Source: Eubacteriales bacterium (GTDB taxonomy: Bacteria; Bacillota; Clostridia; Lachnospirales; Lachnospiraceae). Taken from it: DNA of 64,000 nt. Below, piece by piece: positions 7,022 through 16,442 of the stretch (position 1 is the stretch's first letter; every line of letters starts with the position of its first letter). Both the position numbers and the translations under genes were made by a program. Below the pieces are notes generated by a model. That model searched no databases. It was not told the DNA's origin and saw only the letters and a program-made list of their open reading frames with translations. The stretch is taken from positions 167 through 64,166 of the forward strand of contig JAUNDA010000003.1 in NCBI GenBank assembly GCA_030526295.1, in the 5' to 3' direction.

Positions 7022-10000
7022 TCATCTGCCTGTATATTTCTGGATTGTATCCCTCAGCTTCTGCACCTGGATCGGCTTTGAGATATGTGCATTCATGCCG
7101 CTTGCAAGCGACCTTCTGATGTCCTCATCAAATGCATTCGCACTGGCAGCAACAATCGGTATCCTCTCGCTGTCCGGGTGACCGCATGTCCTGATTGAAT
7201 GAGCAGCCTCAAGTCCGTCCATAACAGGCATCATTACATCCATGATTATGATGTCATAGTATCCGGGCTCTGAAGAGCTGAACTTATCAAGTGCCTCCTG
7301 TCCGTTAAACGCGCTCTCCATGATACAGCCCATATCCTCAATAAAGGTACGGATGATTTCCATGTTGAGCTCGTTATCCTCCGCAACGAGAACCCTTACT
7401 CCTGTAAGGTCAGCCTCCATCGTATCCTCATAAGCATCAGCCGGTGCCTCTGCTATCGGAAGCTCGAGTGTGAAGTAGAAGGTGCTTCCCTTTCCGATTT
7501 CACTGTCAAGAAGGATTTCACTGTCCATCATGTGGATGAGCCTGTTACAGATTGCCAGTCCGAGTCCGCTTCCCTGGCGGTGCGCCGCATTGTCAAGCTG
7601 CTCGAAAAGACCGAAAATCTTCTGACGGTCCTTTTCGCTTATGCCTGTACCCTGGTCCTTTACGCCAAAATAGATGCTCGACCTCTTACCGTCAATAACA
7701 GTCTCCTTAACGGCAAGCACTGTCTCTGCTCCCCTGTCGGAATACTTTGCGGCATTTCCGAGAAGGTTAATGAGCACCTGGCTAATACGGAGCGAATCGC
7801 CCGTAAACCATCTGTTGGTTAAATCAATCTCTGAGCGGAAGGTCTGTCCCTTGTCTGCAAACTGACCGTCAAGCACGGAGTGAAGCTCTGATGTAAGCTT
7901 TCCGAGGTCGAAGGTCTCCTTCATGAGAGTCATCTTTCCGCTCTCAATCTTTGACATGTCGAGGATGTCATTAAGAAGGCCGAGCAGGTACTCTGATGAT
8001 GTACGGACCTTCTTAAGGCATTCAAGCCTTGACTGCTCAGTCTGGTTCTCCTGAAGGGCAATCTCTGTCATACCGATGATTCCGTTCATCGGCGTTCTGA
8101 TCTCATGCGACATTCTCGCAAGGAAATCCGACTTTGCCTGAGCAGACTGGTCGTGATGCTCCTGTATGATTCTGTTCTGGATAATAGTTCCAATTTCCCA
8201 GAGAAGGTCATAGGAGTCATTATCATTAAGAAGCTCAGGATCGATTCCGACAAAGAAGATGCTTCCCGTATACTGTCCGTTATCAGACATAGGGAATACC
8301 ACTCCGTTTCCGTAGAAATACTCCTTACTGAATATCGAGCCAGCCTCGAACACTTCCCTCATTGGAAGAAGCTTATGTTCAAGTGCGAGCTGCTTCATTT
8401 TCTCATACTCAGCCTCAGAGCTATGGTAAACAGCCTCAACTCCCTTAGGAGTCTCAGTAAACCTCCAGCAGTATTCAACAACACCTGAAAGGTATTCACC
8501 GTTAAAGTCTGTCACGAGAAGGTCCTCAAGTGTAAACTTCCTTCTCATTCTGGCTACTGCAAGGTCAAGTGCAGCCCTTGTCGAGGTGCTCCTGTCAAAG
8601 AGGTTAAGGATAAGCGAAGCAAGTCCCATATGGCATACATCGCCCTGTGACATGATGCTTCCAAACTGCTTATGTTCAGAAGAGTCAGCCGTACTTTCAT
8701 TCCAGATGACAACCTCTGTATTCCTTTTAGCTGCCTCAGTCACAGCAACCTGGGCACGGTTAATGAGTGTTGCCATGCTCTCATCCGTAGCATCGACAAT
8801 TCCCGCATGGAACTTAAGATTGAGTACATTAAGCTTTACAAGCGATGCGAACTCATTGTTAAGCTCTGCAAGCATTTCCGTACACTCGTCTGACTTGATG
8901 CCAGGAACCCAGATCATGAACTCGTCGGCACCAGCCCTTATCATAAGCTGACTGTTATCAAACCTTTCCTTGAAACGGTTTTCGACAAGCTCACCGAGTT
9001 CGTTTAATATTACATCTCCAAAGGTAAGGCCGTAGCCCTGCACAATGGAATCAAAATCATAAATGTCAAGCAGTATGAGTGCGCCCTCAGGCTCCTTCTC
9101 CCTTATATCGGAAAGAATAATCTTACCCTGCTTAAGATTGTAGAAGCCAGTAACAGGATCGTGCTTTGCATGTCTTTCCTGCTCAAGCTCACGCATCTTC
9201 GCGCTGTGAATGTCACGCACATATCCGACGATTGTGAGGTTTCCGGTCTGTGAATCGATAATGGTCTTTCCGTTCATCTCAGTCCACATGCCCTCAGGCT
9301 GTCCTGGAATTGAAAGGTGAATCTGGGTATTTGGTTCAATCTTACCCTCTTCAATCATCCTAAGAAGCGCATTTCTGTCACGCACATTCATAAGCGGGAT
9401 GGCAGCCTTCTCAAAGAATTCGTCAATGGGCCATACACCGTTATGGAAACGGCTGTTTACGATTTCGATTACACGCTCGTTTCTTCTATATGTAAAGAAG
9501 ATGTCGTTTGAGCTCTCAAGTGCGATTCTGTATCGCTCCTTCTCCTCAAGGAGCTGGTTCTCGACTGAGATTTCACTTTCCGTAAGGTTTTCAACGACCT
9601 CATGGAGCTCGTCAATCTCTGAAATACCGGATTCCTTAAAGGACTTAAGTCCCTGCATACCGTTTCTTATACTGTCCATAAGGCGGTAAACTGGAGCCGT
9701 GATGTAATGAACGGTAAAGAACATTGCAATCATTCCAAGTATCGCACAAATAAGGATTGCCGAAATAATCTTTTTATAAAGATTATTTCCGAGTCCGAAA
9801 AGCGAATCCTCTGTCACAAAGCCGAAGAGGATCCAGTCAGAATCCTCATACGGAACCTTTCCACCGTACATCTTGATTTTTGATGACACAGTATAAATCT
9901 TCTGTGTTCCTACAGAGGCACCATTTACAAGGAACAGTGAAGGATACTCCGTTTCTGTCAGAGTGAAGCTTTCATCGTTTCTGCGGATGGCATCATAAAG

Positions 10001-10900
10001 TGTTCCCTTACCGGTTATTGACTGGTATGTGCCGTTGCCCTTGTTGATTGCAATGGCATAGCCAGCATTGAGGTCCTTTGAAAGGTCCCTTACAGGCAGG
10101 TATCCAGAAACATGGTTAACCGGCACCTCAGTACCGAGAATTCCGTAAATCACACCGTTATAAATGAGCGGTACCGAATATGTGATCATCTGGTGGTTAT
10201 CCTGGTAATGGTCCTCTAAGATAAAAGGAGTCGCCCAGAAGCCGAGATCGTTCATGTCGGCATATGTATTGTTCACCGCCTGGATATACGGTTTATAAAA
10301 GAAATCGTCTGCACTTCTCACGCCGTTTCCAAGAAAGTGAAACTCCGTTGACCAGCTGCTGTCAAGTGCAATGCCGGTGCTTCTTGTAAGGCTCTTGTGG
10401 CCCCTTTCAAAAAGAAGGTCCGAGTTTGTTTCGGCTTTCGTATTTGGGTCAGAGTCACGAAGGAAGAATCCCACATAATCGGCCTCCCTCGAAACATCTG
10501 CGTCATTTGCCATAATGAGGAAGAGTCCTCCGGACCTGTCATTTCTTAAATAGGAAAGAAGCTCCGGGAAAACACGGTCAACATACTCCCTTTGCATTTC
10601 CTTATCGGAAAGCATTTTCTCCATGTCGGCACCGCGTTCCTCAAGCAGAGCATCAAGCACATTGTCAAGATAGCCCGCCTCATGGCGAACAGCACTCCAC
10701 TGGTCAACCATCGCATTTTCAAGTACTACTCGCCTGTTTTCAACGAGGTTACTGTCAATGTCAACGGCATTGCCGGCCATTGTCTCCTTTACCTTACTCG
10801 TGATAATTACAGAGAAAGGCAAAAGGCCCTGAAGCATTACTACAAGTGCCAGCGAAACAAGTAAAAGATATGTAATTGTTTTCTTTTTACCCTTTTTCAT
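7022..10900 (-). CDS. Hybrid sensor histidine kinase with extracytoplasmic sensor, PAS, degenerate GGDEF, HisKA, HATPase and receiver domains
   Basis: 1292 aa. Domain order by eye: N-terminal TM; ~340-aa external domain; second TM (IISAILICAILGMIAMFFTV); PAS-like region; GGDEF-like region (HDPVTGFYN ... RAGADEF); H-box SHEIRTPMNGI; HATPase (GSGLGLAICNRL, GKGSTFYF); REC (VLVAEDNELN ... IIIMDVMMPVMDG ... SKP). Confidence 0.9.
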   Translation of the reverse strand: MKKGKKKTITYLLLVSLALVVMLQGLLPFSVIITSKVKETMAGNAVDIDSNLVENRRVVLENAMVDQWSAVRHEAGYLDNVLDALLEERGADMEKMLSDKEMQREYVDRVFPELLSYLRNDRSGGLFLIMANDADVSREADYVGFFLRDSDPNTKAETNSDLLFERGHKSLTRSTGIALDSSWSTEFHFLGNGVRSADDFFYKPYIQAVNNTYADMNDLGFWATPFILEDHYQDNHQMITYSVPLIYNGVIYGILGTEVPVNHVSGYLPVRDLSKDLNAGYAIAINKGNGTYQSITGKGTLYDAIRRNDESFTLTETEYPSLFLVNGASVGTQKIYTVSSKIKMYGGKVPYEDSDWILFGFVTEDSLFGLGNNLYKKIISAILICAILGMIAMFFTVHYITAPVYRLMDSIRNGMQGLKSFKESGISEIDELHEVVENLTESEISVENQLLEEKERYRIALESSNDIFFTYRRNERVIEIVNSRFHNGVWPIDEFFEKAAIPLMNVRDRNALLRMIEEGKIEPNTQIHLSIPGQPEGMWTEMNGKTIIDSQTGNLTIVGYVRDIHSAKMRELEQERHAKHDPVTGFYNLKQGKIILSDIREKEPEGALILLDIYDFDSIVQGYGLTFGDVILNELGELVENRFKERFDNSQLMIRAGADEFMIWVPGIKSDECTEMLAELNNEFASLVKLNVLNLKFHAGIVDATDESMATLINRAQVAVTEAAKRNTEVVIWNESTADSSEHKQFGSIMSQGDVCHMGLASLILNLFDRSTSTRAALDLAVARMRRKFTLEDLLVTDFNGEYLSGVVEYCWRFTETPKGVEAVYHSSEAEYEKMKQLALEHKLLPMREVFEAGSIFSKEYFYGNGVVFPMSDNGQYTGSIFFVGIDPELLNDNDSYDLLWEIGTIIQNRIIQEHHDQSAQAKSDFLARMSHEIRTPMNGIIGMTEIALQENQTEQSRLECLKKVRTSSEYLLGLLNDILDMSKIESGKMTLMKETFDLGKLTSELHSVLDGQFADKGQTFRSEIDLTNRWFTGDSLRISQVLINLLGNAAKYSDRGAETVLAVKETVIDGKRSSIYFGVKDQGTGISEKDRQKIFGLFEQLDNAAHRQGSGLGLAICNRLIHMMDSEILLDSEIGKGSTFYFTLELPIAEAPADAYEDTMEADLTGVRVLVAEDNELNMEIIRTFIEDMGCIMESAFNGQEALDKFSSSEPGYYDIIIMDVMMPVMDGLEAAHSIRTCGHPDSERIPIVAASANAFDEDIRRSLASGMNAHISKPIQVQKLRDTIQKYTGR

Positions 10901-10911
10901 TATAAGATAAG

Positions 10912-12366
10912 TTATTTAGCTGCATTGTTAAGTGCGTTGCAAAACTCCTCATACCATGCCTCAAAGGCCTCATCTGTAACAAATGGTGCTGTAGCCTCAC
11001 TGCGGTTTGCTCCTGCTGCCACCTGCTCGTCAATTAAAGCCCTGTCTGCCACTGCCTTGTCTGAAAGGTTGTAATCGAGAACCTTTCTTGTTGCAAAGCC
11101 GTTGCTGAAGCTCTTTGGTGTGTAGAACTTAATTGTATCATAACGGCCGAGAATATTCTTCATGCAGTCGTATGTTTTCGGATTCATCTTAAGGTTTTCC
11201 TTGGCAACAACCTCGTCAACTGCAGGAACTGTGTTTGCATCCTTTCTTACCGGGAAGTATGAAGATGCTGCAGCAAAACGGATGTTGTTCTCCTTTTCGG
11301 TGAACCACTTCATGAACTCGCAGGCTGCATACTCGTGCTGGGCATCAGAAGCCACAACTGCCATTCCGGCACCCTGCTGAACATTGTAGTTCTCGCCACC
11401 CTCCATGCACGGAGCTGCAAGAACCATGTAGTCGATGGCCTTTGAACCGTCATCGAGCACTACCTCATCCGGGAAATACATTGCTGATGAGGTTGAACCT
11501 GTGTAGGCGATGATGTCGCCTGTCTTTACGTCATCTGAACGGAACTTTCCGAAGCTTGTGAAATATCCGTTTACATATGGAACATAGTAGTTCTCCCAGA
11601 GACGCTTGATCTTATCCTTGTCAGGGCGAAGTGTAACCACGCCGTTCTTTGCATCAAATATCTCAACGCCCATCTGCTTCATTCCGATTACGAAATAGTT
11701 TGACATTGAGTCACGTCCGTAAAAGGCCTTACCGTCGCCCTCTACATCAGGTGTGAGGCTGTCTGTCCACTCATAGTATCTCTTTGCAACCTCTGTTACG
11801 CCCTCAACTGTTGCGAGTTCCTCAACCTTAGAACCTGTTGCAGCTGCGAATGGCTCCCAGTCTGTAACATTAAGCATCATGATCTCAGTTGACTTTGCAA
11901 TCGGGAAGAGGTAAAGGTCCTCCTCTGTGAAATATCCCTCACTGATGTAAGCATCAACATACTGTGCCTGCTCCTCTGGTGTGAAGTAAGCATTAAGCTT
12001 TGCAAGCTTTCCGTCCTTCTGGAGCTCATAGGCTGTATCAGCATATGTTGAGAAGATGTCAGGCATCTCCTGTGCACCAACCTTGCCTGCTGCAGAATCA
12101 GAGATTGCCTTCTCGAGGTCCATTACAGAGCCCTGGCTGTAGCCCTCAACATAGATTCCGATTTCCTTACCCTTTGAGGCATTGAACTCCTCAACGAGCT
12201 GGTCAAATGCTGCCTGCTGTGCACCATTGTAGTAGTGCCATACAGTAAGTGAAACAGGATTGTTCGGGTCAAGCTTAACCTTGCCCTCATCCTTCTTAGA
12301 ACAGCCGCAAAGAACTGCAGCTGCCACAGTTACAATCATTAACGCCTTAATCAGTCTTTTCTTCAT
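10912..12366 (-). CDS. Extracellular solute-binding lipoprotein (ABC family-1 SBP type), no cognate permease adjacent
   Basis: Start moved to ATG 12366, since the GTG of the listed start lies inside the GAAGGTG RBS. It has a signal peptide with lipobox LCGCS and an SBP-like sequence. An 11-nt gap separates it from the kinase gene. Confidence 0.85.
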   Translation of the reverse strand: MKKRLIKALMIVTVAAAVLCGCSKKDEGKVKLDPNNPVSLTVWHYYNGAQQAAFDQLVEEFNASKGKEIGIYVEGYSQGSVMDLEKAISDSAAGKVGAQEMPDIFSTYADTAYELQKDGKLAKLNAYFTPEEQAQYVDAYISEGYFTEEDLYLFPIAKSTEIMMLNVTDWEPFAAATGSKVEELATVEGVTEVAKRYYEWTDSLTPDVEGDGKAFYGRDSMSNYFVIGMKQMGVEIFDAKNGVVTLRPDKDKIKRLWENYYVPYVNGYFTSFGKFRSDDVKTGDIIAYTGSTSSAMYFPDEVVLDDGSKAIDYMVLAAPCMEGGENYNVQQGAGMAVVASDAQHEYAACEFMKWFTEKENNIRFAAASSYFPVRKDANTVPAVDEVVAKENLKMNPKTYDCMKNILGRYDTIKFYTPKSFSNGFATRKVLDYNLSDKAVADRALIDEQVAAGANRSEATAPFVTDEAFEAWYEEFCNALNNAAK

Positions 12367-12583
12367 AAATAAATACACCTTCTGAAAATATAATTCTTTT
12401 ACATAATAATACTATTATAGTATAGGATAGAACTCATCAAAAATCCATTCACCCAAATGTATCAATATTTCGTAAAATACCCGCAATTGATGCGCTTTTT
12501 GCATATATCAATTTGTTATAGCCGTTCACCATAAAAAGTTATTTATGCGTACATACACCATTTTTCGGCTAATTACGGAAAAC

Positions 12584-12610
12584 AAAAAAGCCCGTCCTTT
12601 TAAGGACAGA
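12584..12610 (-). terminator. Intrinsic terminator after the esterase gene
   Basis: Minus strand: UCUGUCCUUAAAAGGACGGG, a stem that includes G-U pairs, followed by CUUUUUUGUUUUCC. Confidence 0.55.
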
Positions 12611-12620
12611 CTCTTTTGCT

Positions 12621-13481
12621 TCAATATTTGGAAAAAGTGTTATCAGTTCCTGAGAACATCATCTTTAACCATCTTTTTAGGTTAACAATCCACTCTTTAT
12701 CATATGCAGGGGCTCCCTGCGGATTGTCAAGCGTCGTGTGGTCACAGGTCGAAAGCCCATGACTGCCAAAAGGATATATGTGCATTTCAAAAGGAATGTT
12801 ATTTGCTGCCAGTGCCTGCGAGTATAAAAGGCTGTTCATTACAGGCACTCCACTGTCTTCAGATGTATGCCATATGAATGCAGGAGGAGTATTTTTTGTC
12901 ACAAGCCTGTTGCAGGAAACCGTTGCTATTTCTTCTGTTTCACAGTAATTATCTCCCAGCAGTCTCTTAAAACTGTTTTTATTCGCCCATTCCGGATCAG
13001 ATGTTATAACCGGATAACAAAGCACCGAAAGGCTGACCGGCTTGCTGTCTGGAAAGACCTCCCTGATTTCAGCGCAGTCATGTGACGTCGAGTAGTGCGC
13101 GGCAAGGTGTCCGCCGGCCGAGAAGCCCATAAGTGCAATGCGCGATGTGTCACAGTGCCAGTCTTCTGCATTTTCATGTATCATTTCCATAAGCCCCGCC
13201 ACCTCGCGAAGCTGTACGGGATACCTTTCCGGGGCACACGAATAGTTTAGCACGAACACGTTGTATCCCTCGGGCAGGAAATGCACCGCCACGGGCTCCG
13301 CCTCGCGTTCGCTGCATGAACTGTATCCGCCTCCCGGGCACACAACAATGCACGGTCTTTTTTCATTCTGTCTTCCCATCCCTGCGAGGTTGTCCGGAAG
13401 GTATGTTGTCACATACGGGTTTCTTCCGTTTTCCCCGAGGACGGGATAATGATCCTTTAGGTAAATTATTTCGTGTTTCAT
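12621..13481 (-). CDS. Alpha/beta-hydrolase esterase (Aes/acetyl-esterase-like)
   Basis: 286 aa with the nucleophile elbow GFSAGGHLA and an HGGG-like oxyanion region (CPGGGY). It is the last gene of the hexuronate block. Confidence 0.8.
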   Translation of the reverse strand: MKHEIIYLKDHYPVLGENGRNPYVTTYLPDNLAGMGRQNEKRPCIVVCPGGGYSSCSEREAEPVAVHFLPEGYNVFVLNYSCAPERYPVQLREVAGLMEMIHENAEDWHCDTSRIALMGFSAGGHLAAHYSTSHDCAEIREVFPDSKPVSLSVLCYPVITSDPEWANKNSFKRLLGDNYCETEEIATVSCNRLVTKNTPPAFIWHTSEDSGVPVMNSLLYSQALAANNIPFEMHIYPFGSHGLSTCDHTTLDNPQGAPAYDKEWIVNLKRWLKMMFSGTDNTFSKY

Positions 13482-13487
13482 TTCAGT

Positions 13488-14966
13488 TTACAGTGTCACC
13501 CCGTTCTTCCAGATGGCAATCCCGTGCTGTCCGTTTCTTTCGGAGCATGTCCTCTCACCGCCGGCCACCCTGAGTACGTATTCAAGCAGGTCATCCGCCG
13601 CATCGTCAATGCACGTTCCCTCAGCGACAACACCGGCATTAAAGTCAATCCAGTTCCTCTTCTTATTGTATAGTGCGGTGTTTGTTGAAATCTTCACCGT
13701 TGGTGCGGGTGAAGAGAACGGTGTTCCCCTTCCCGTTGTGAAAAGGACCATCTGTGCGCCTGCAGCTGCAAGTGCCGTGGAACTCACGAGGTCGTTACCC
13801 GGAGCACAGAGCATGTTGAGGCCCTTCGCACCCACCGTGTCACCGTAACCGAGCACTCCCCTGACAGGTGAAGTTCCTCCCTTCTGCACGCATCCGAGGC
13901 TCTTGTCCTCAAGTGTGGTAATGCCGCCCTCCCTGTTTCCGGGTGACGGGTTTTCACCAACCGGCTGGCCGTGGCTTATGAAATACTCCTTGAAGCCGTT
14001 CACCATGTCCGCAGCCTTTTCAAACAGTTCACGTGACCCTGCCCTGTTCATGAGGCTTTCCTCGGCCCCGAACATCTCGGGCACCTCCGTGAGTATTGTT
14101 GTTCCGCCCATTGCAGTGATTCTGTCAGAAAGCCTTCCGACAACGGGGTTGGCCGTGATTCCTGACAGTCCGTCGGAGCCGCCGCACTTGAGGCCTATGA
14201 CAAGGTCGCCCGCACTGCATTCGGTCCTTCTGTCACCCGATGCCAGTTCGCAAAGCTCCGTACAGAGCCTCACCCCCTCCTCCACCTCGTCAGTAACGTC
14301 CTGGCACACCATGTACCTTATGCGGTCACCCGGTGCATCACCGACCGCCTTCCTGAAGTCACCCGGTGTGTTGTTCTCACATCCGAGTGACACGCACAGG
14401 ACGCCTCCGGCATTGGGATGTCCTGCAAGGTCCGCAAGGATTCTCCTCGTGTTTTCGTGGTCGTCCCCGAGCTGCGAGCATCCGTACGGGTGTGCAAAGT
14501 GGTGGACGCCGTCAAGTCCGAGCCTTTCGGCAACGGGTCTGACCCTTTCCTCTATCTGCCCGCAGACGTCATTCACGCAGCCGACAAGCGGAATTATCCA
14601 TATCTCGTTCCTTATTCCGACCCTTCCGTCGGCCCTCCTGTATCCGTAAAAGCCCAACGGTTCACAAGGCTCCTGCGCACGGATTTCAGGCTCGTATTTG
14701 TATTCCCTTCTTCCCGTGAGTGCGGTTTCCATGTCATGCGTGTGGACCCATTCCCCGGCTCCTATGTCAGTGGTTGCCCGTCCTATCGGCTGTCCGTACT
14801 TTATTACGGATTCGCCTTTCCCTATTTCTGAAAGGGCAAACTTGTGCCCACGCTGAATGCGTTCCCTGAGAGTAACCCCGAGACATTCGTCCCCTGCGGA
14901 AAGTTCAGATAGTGCAACCCCGACATTGTCGGATTCGTGTATTTTCAGGCTCTTTTTTTCTTCCAT
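13488..14966 (-). CDS. uxaA: Altronate dehydratase
   Basis: 492 aa with an N-terminal SAF-like region (LKIHESDNVGVAL) and a UxaA-type C-terminal domain. It is adjacent to uxaB and uxaC. Confidence 0.9.
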   Translation of the reverse strand: MEEKKSLKIHESDNVGVALSELSAGDECLGVTLRERIQRGHKFALSEIGKGESVIKYGQPIGRATTDIGAGEWVHTHDMETALTGRREYKYEPEIRAQEPCEPLGFYGYRRADGRVGIRNEIWIIPLVGCVNDVCGQIEERVRPVAERLGLDGVHHFAHPYGCSQLGDDHENTRRILADLAGHPNAGGVLCVSLGCENNTPGDFRKAVGDAPGDRIRYMVCQDVTDEVEEGVRLCTELCELASGDRRTECSAGDLVIGLKCGGSDGLSGITANPVVGRLSDRITAMGGTTILTEVPEMFGAEESLMNRAGSRELFEKAADMVNGFKEYFISHGQPVGENPSPGNREGGITTLEDKSLGCVQKGGTSPVRGVLGYGDTVGAKGLNMLCAPGNDLVSSTALAAAGAQMVLFTTGRGTPFSSPAPTVKISTNTALYNKKRNWIDFNAGVVAEGTCIDDAADDLLEYVLRVAGGERTCSERNGQHGIAIWKNGVTL

Positions 14967-14975
14967 GGTTCCTTC

Positions 14976-16442
14976 TTATTTCTGGAGCACTTTCCTCAGT
15001 GCCTCCCTGACGCCAAGCGTCCTCATGTTCCTTATGTTGTCCGTCACCTTCTCGGCAAATCCAGGAATCAGGCCGAGGTCCTCTCCCCAGAATGACTCCT
15101 CGCCGCAGTAGGCTTTTGCCAGCTCGTCCGGTGCGTCATCCCTGTGTTTTTCAAAAAATTCCAGCACCTCAGGGTCATCCTTTACTTCAAACCTTCCGCT
15201 TATTCCGAACATCAGGTTTGACGCGAACCCGAAAAGAAGTGCCTCGGGCAGTCTTCCGTACTTCGCCAGGTAATTCTTAACGCTCGGGAGTACCCTTGCC
15301 CTCCACTTTGATGTCGTGTTGAGCGAGATGCTCATGAGCATGTGCCTGATAAACGGGTTACGGAAGCGGTCCATTACCTTTCCCGCAAAGTCCATGAGTT
15401 CCTTTTCCGGAAGCGGGGCCGCCGGGATTATTTCCCCATACTCGGACTTTTCAAGCATGCCGAGTATGTCCCTGTCCTCCATGCACTCGCCGACCGTCTC
15501 AAGCCCGGCGAGGAGTGCCGTAGTGCACATCGTGGTGTGTCCCCCGTTAAGCACCCACACCTTCCTCTTTTTATAGAAGGAAATGTCCGGTGTCACGAGG
15601 ATCGGGAGTCCCGCCTTTTTGAACGGAAGCACGTCATTAAGGTCACCGTCCCCCTCTATTGCCCAGAATCCGAACGGTTCGGCCGCGTCAAGGAGCGCGT
15701 CCTCATATCCGTTTTCGTCCGTGTATCGTAATGCGTCATCCTTCGGGTATCCCGGGACTATGCGGTCAACGAGGGTTGAGCAGAATGTGTTCCTTTCCCC
15801 CAGCCATTTTTCAAACTTCCCACCAAGGTCCCAGAGCTCTGCATACTGCAGCACGCACCTTCTGAGGTTTTTACCGTTTTCCTCTATGAGCTCACAGGGA
15901 AGGAGGACAAAGCCCTCCGCGTACTCACCCCCGCACTTTTCAAAGCGCTCGTAAAGGAACCTCGTGAGTTTTGCGGGGTAGGAACCGTGCTCAGGGTCGT
16001 CAAACCTGTCAGTGTCACGGAAAACTATTCCGGCCTCGGTCGTGTTCGACACGATGAACTTAAGTTCCGGGTTAAGGGCGCATGAAAGCACTTCCCCGAA
16101 TTCCTTCGTTGCGTCAAGGACACGGGAGATTACGGATATGAGCCTCCGCTCCTCGACTTTCTTTCCTTCCTCCATTCCCCTCAGGTAAAGGGTGTAAAGG
16201 CAGTCCTGCTCCCTGAATTTCGGAAGGAGCGGTCCCTCGATTGGCGATACGACGACCACCTTTCCGTTGAAGCCGGCCTTCTCATTGGCAATGTCAAAGA
16301 AGTCATCCACGAATGCCCTGAGGAAGTTTCCCTCGCCAAACTGCAGCACCCTTTCCGGTGCCCTCTCAAGGAAGTAGTCATCCCTTCCCGTTTCCCCCAG
16401 TGTCTTATAGCTTAATCTTTCCATCAGTTTGTCCTTATTCAA
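14976..16442 (-). CDS. uxaB: Tagaturonate reductase (altronate oxidoreductase), mannitol dehydrogenase family
   Basis: 488 aa. The long-chain mannitol-DH-family pattern (VLQFGEGNFLRAF, VSNTTEAG) and the uxaC/uxaA context support the call. Confidence 0.85.
   Translation of the reverse strand: MNKDKLMERLSYKTLGETGRDDYFLERAPERVLQFGEGNFLRAFVDDFFDIANEKAGFNGKVVVVSPIEGPLLPKFREQDCLYTLYLRGMEEGKKVEERRLISVISRVLDATKEFGEVLSCALNPELKFIVSNTTEAGIVFRDTDRFDDPEHGSYPAKLTRFLYERFEKCGGEYAEGFVLLPCELIEENGKNLRRCVLQYAELWDLGGKFEKWLGERNTFCSTLVDRIVPGYPKDDALRYTDENGYEDALLDAAEPFGFWAIEGDGDLNDVLPFKKAGLPILVTPDISFYKKRKVWVLNGGHTTMCTTALLAGLETVGECMEDRDILGMLEKSEYGEIIPAAPLPEKELMDFAGKVMDRFRNPFIRHMLMSISLNTTSKWRARVLPSVKNYLAKYGRLPEALLFGFASNLMFGISGRFEVKDDPEVLEFFEKHRDDAPDELAKAYCGEESFWGEDLGLIPGFAEKVTDNIRNMRTLGVREALRKVLQK

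Noticed and set aside
13903-14649. Long antisense or alternative-frame ORFs inside well-supported genes. Examples: 13903..14649 (248 aa), 57544..58167 (207 aa), 22168..22779, 5069..5563, 32154..32687, and most other short ORFs in the track.
   Set aside because: They lie entirely within, and opposite to or out of frame with, long ORFs that have clear family signatures. Their translations are low-complexity (Ser/Pro/Leu/Arg-rich) with no recognisable motifs or RBS.
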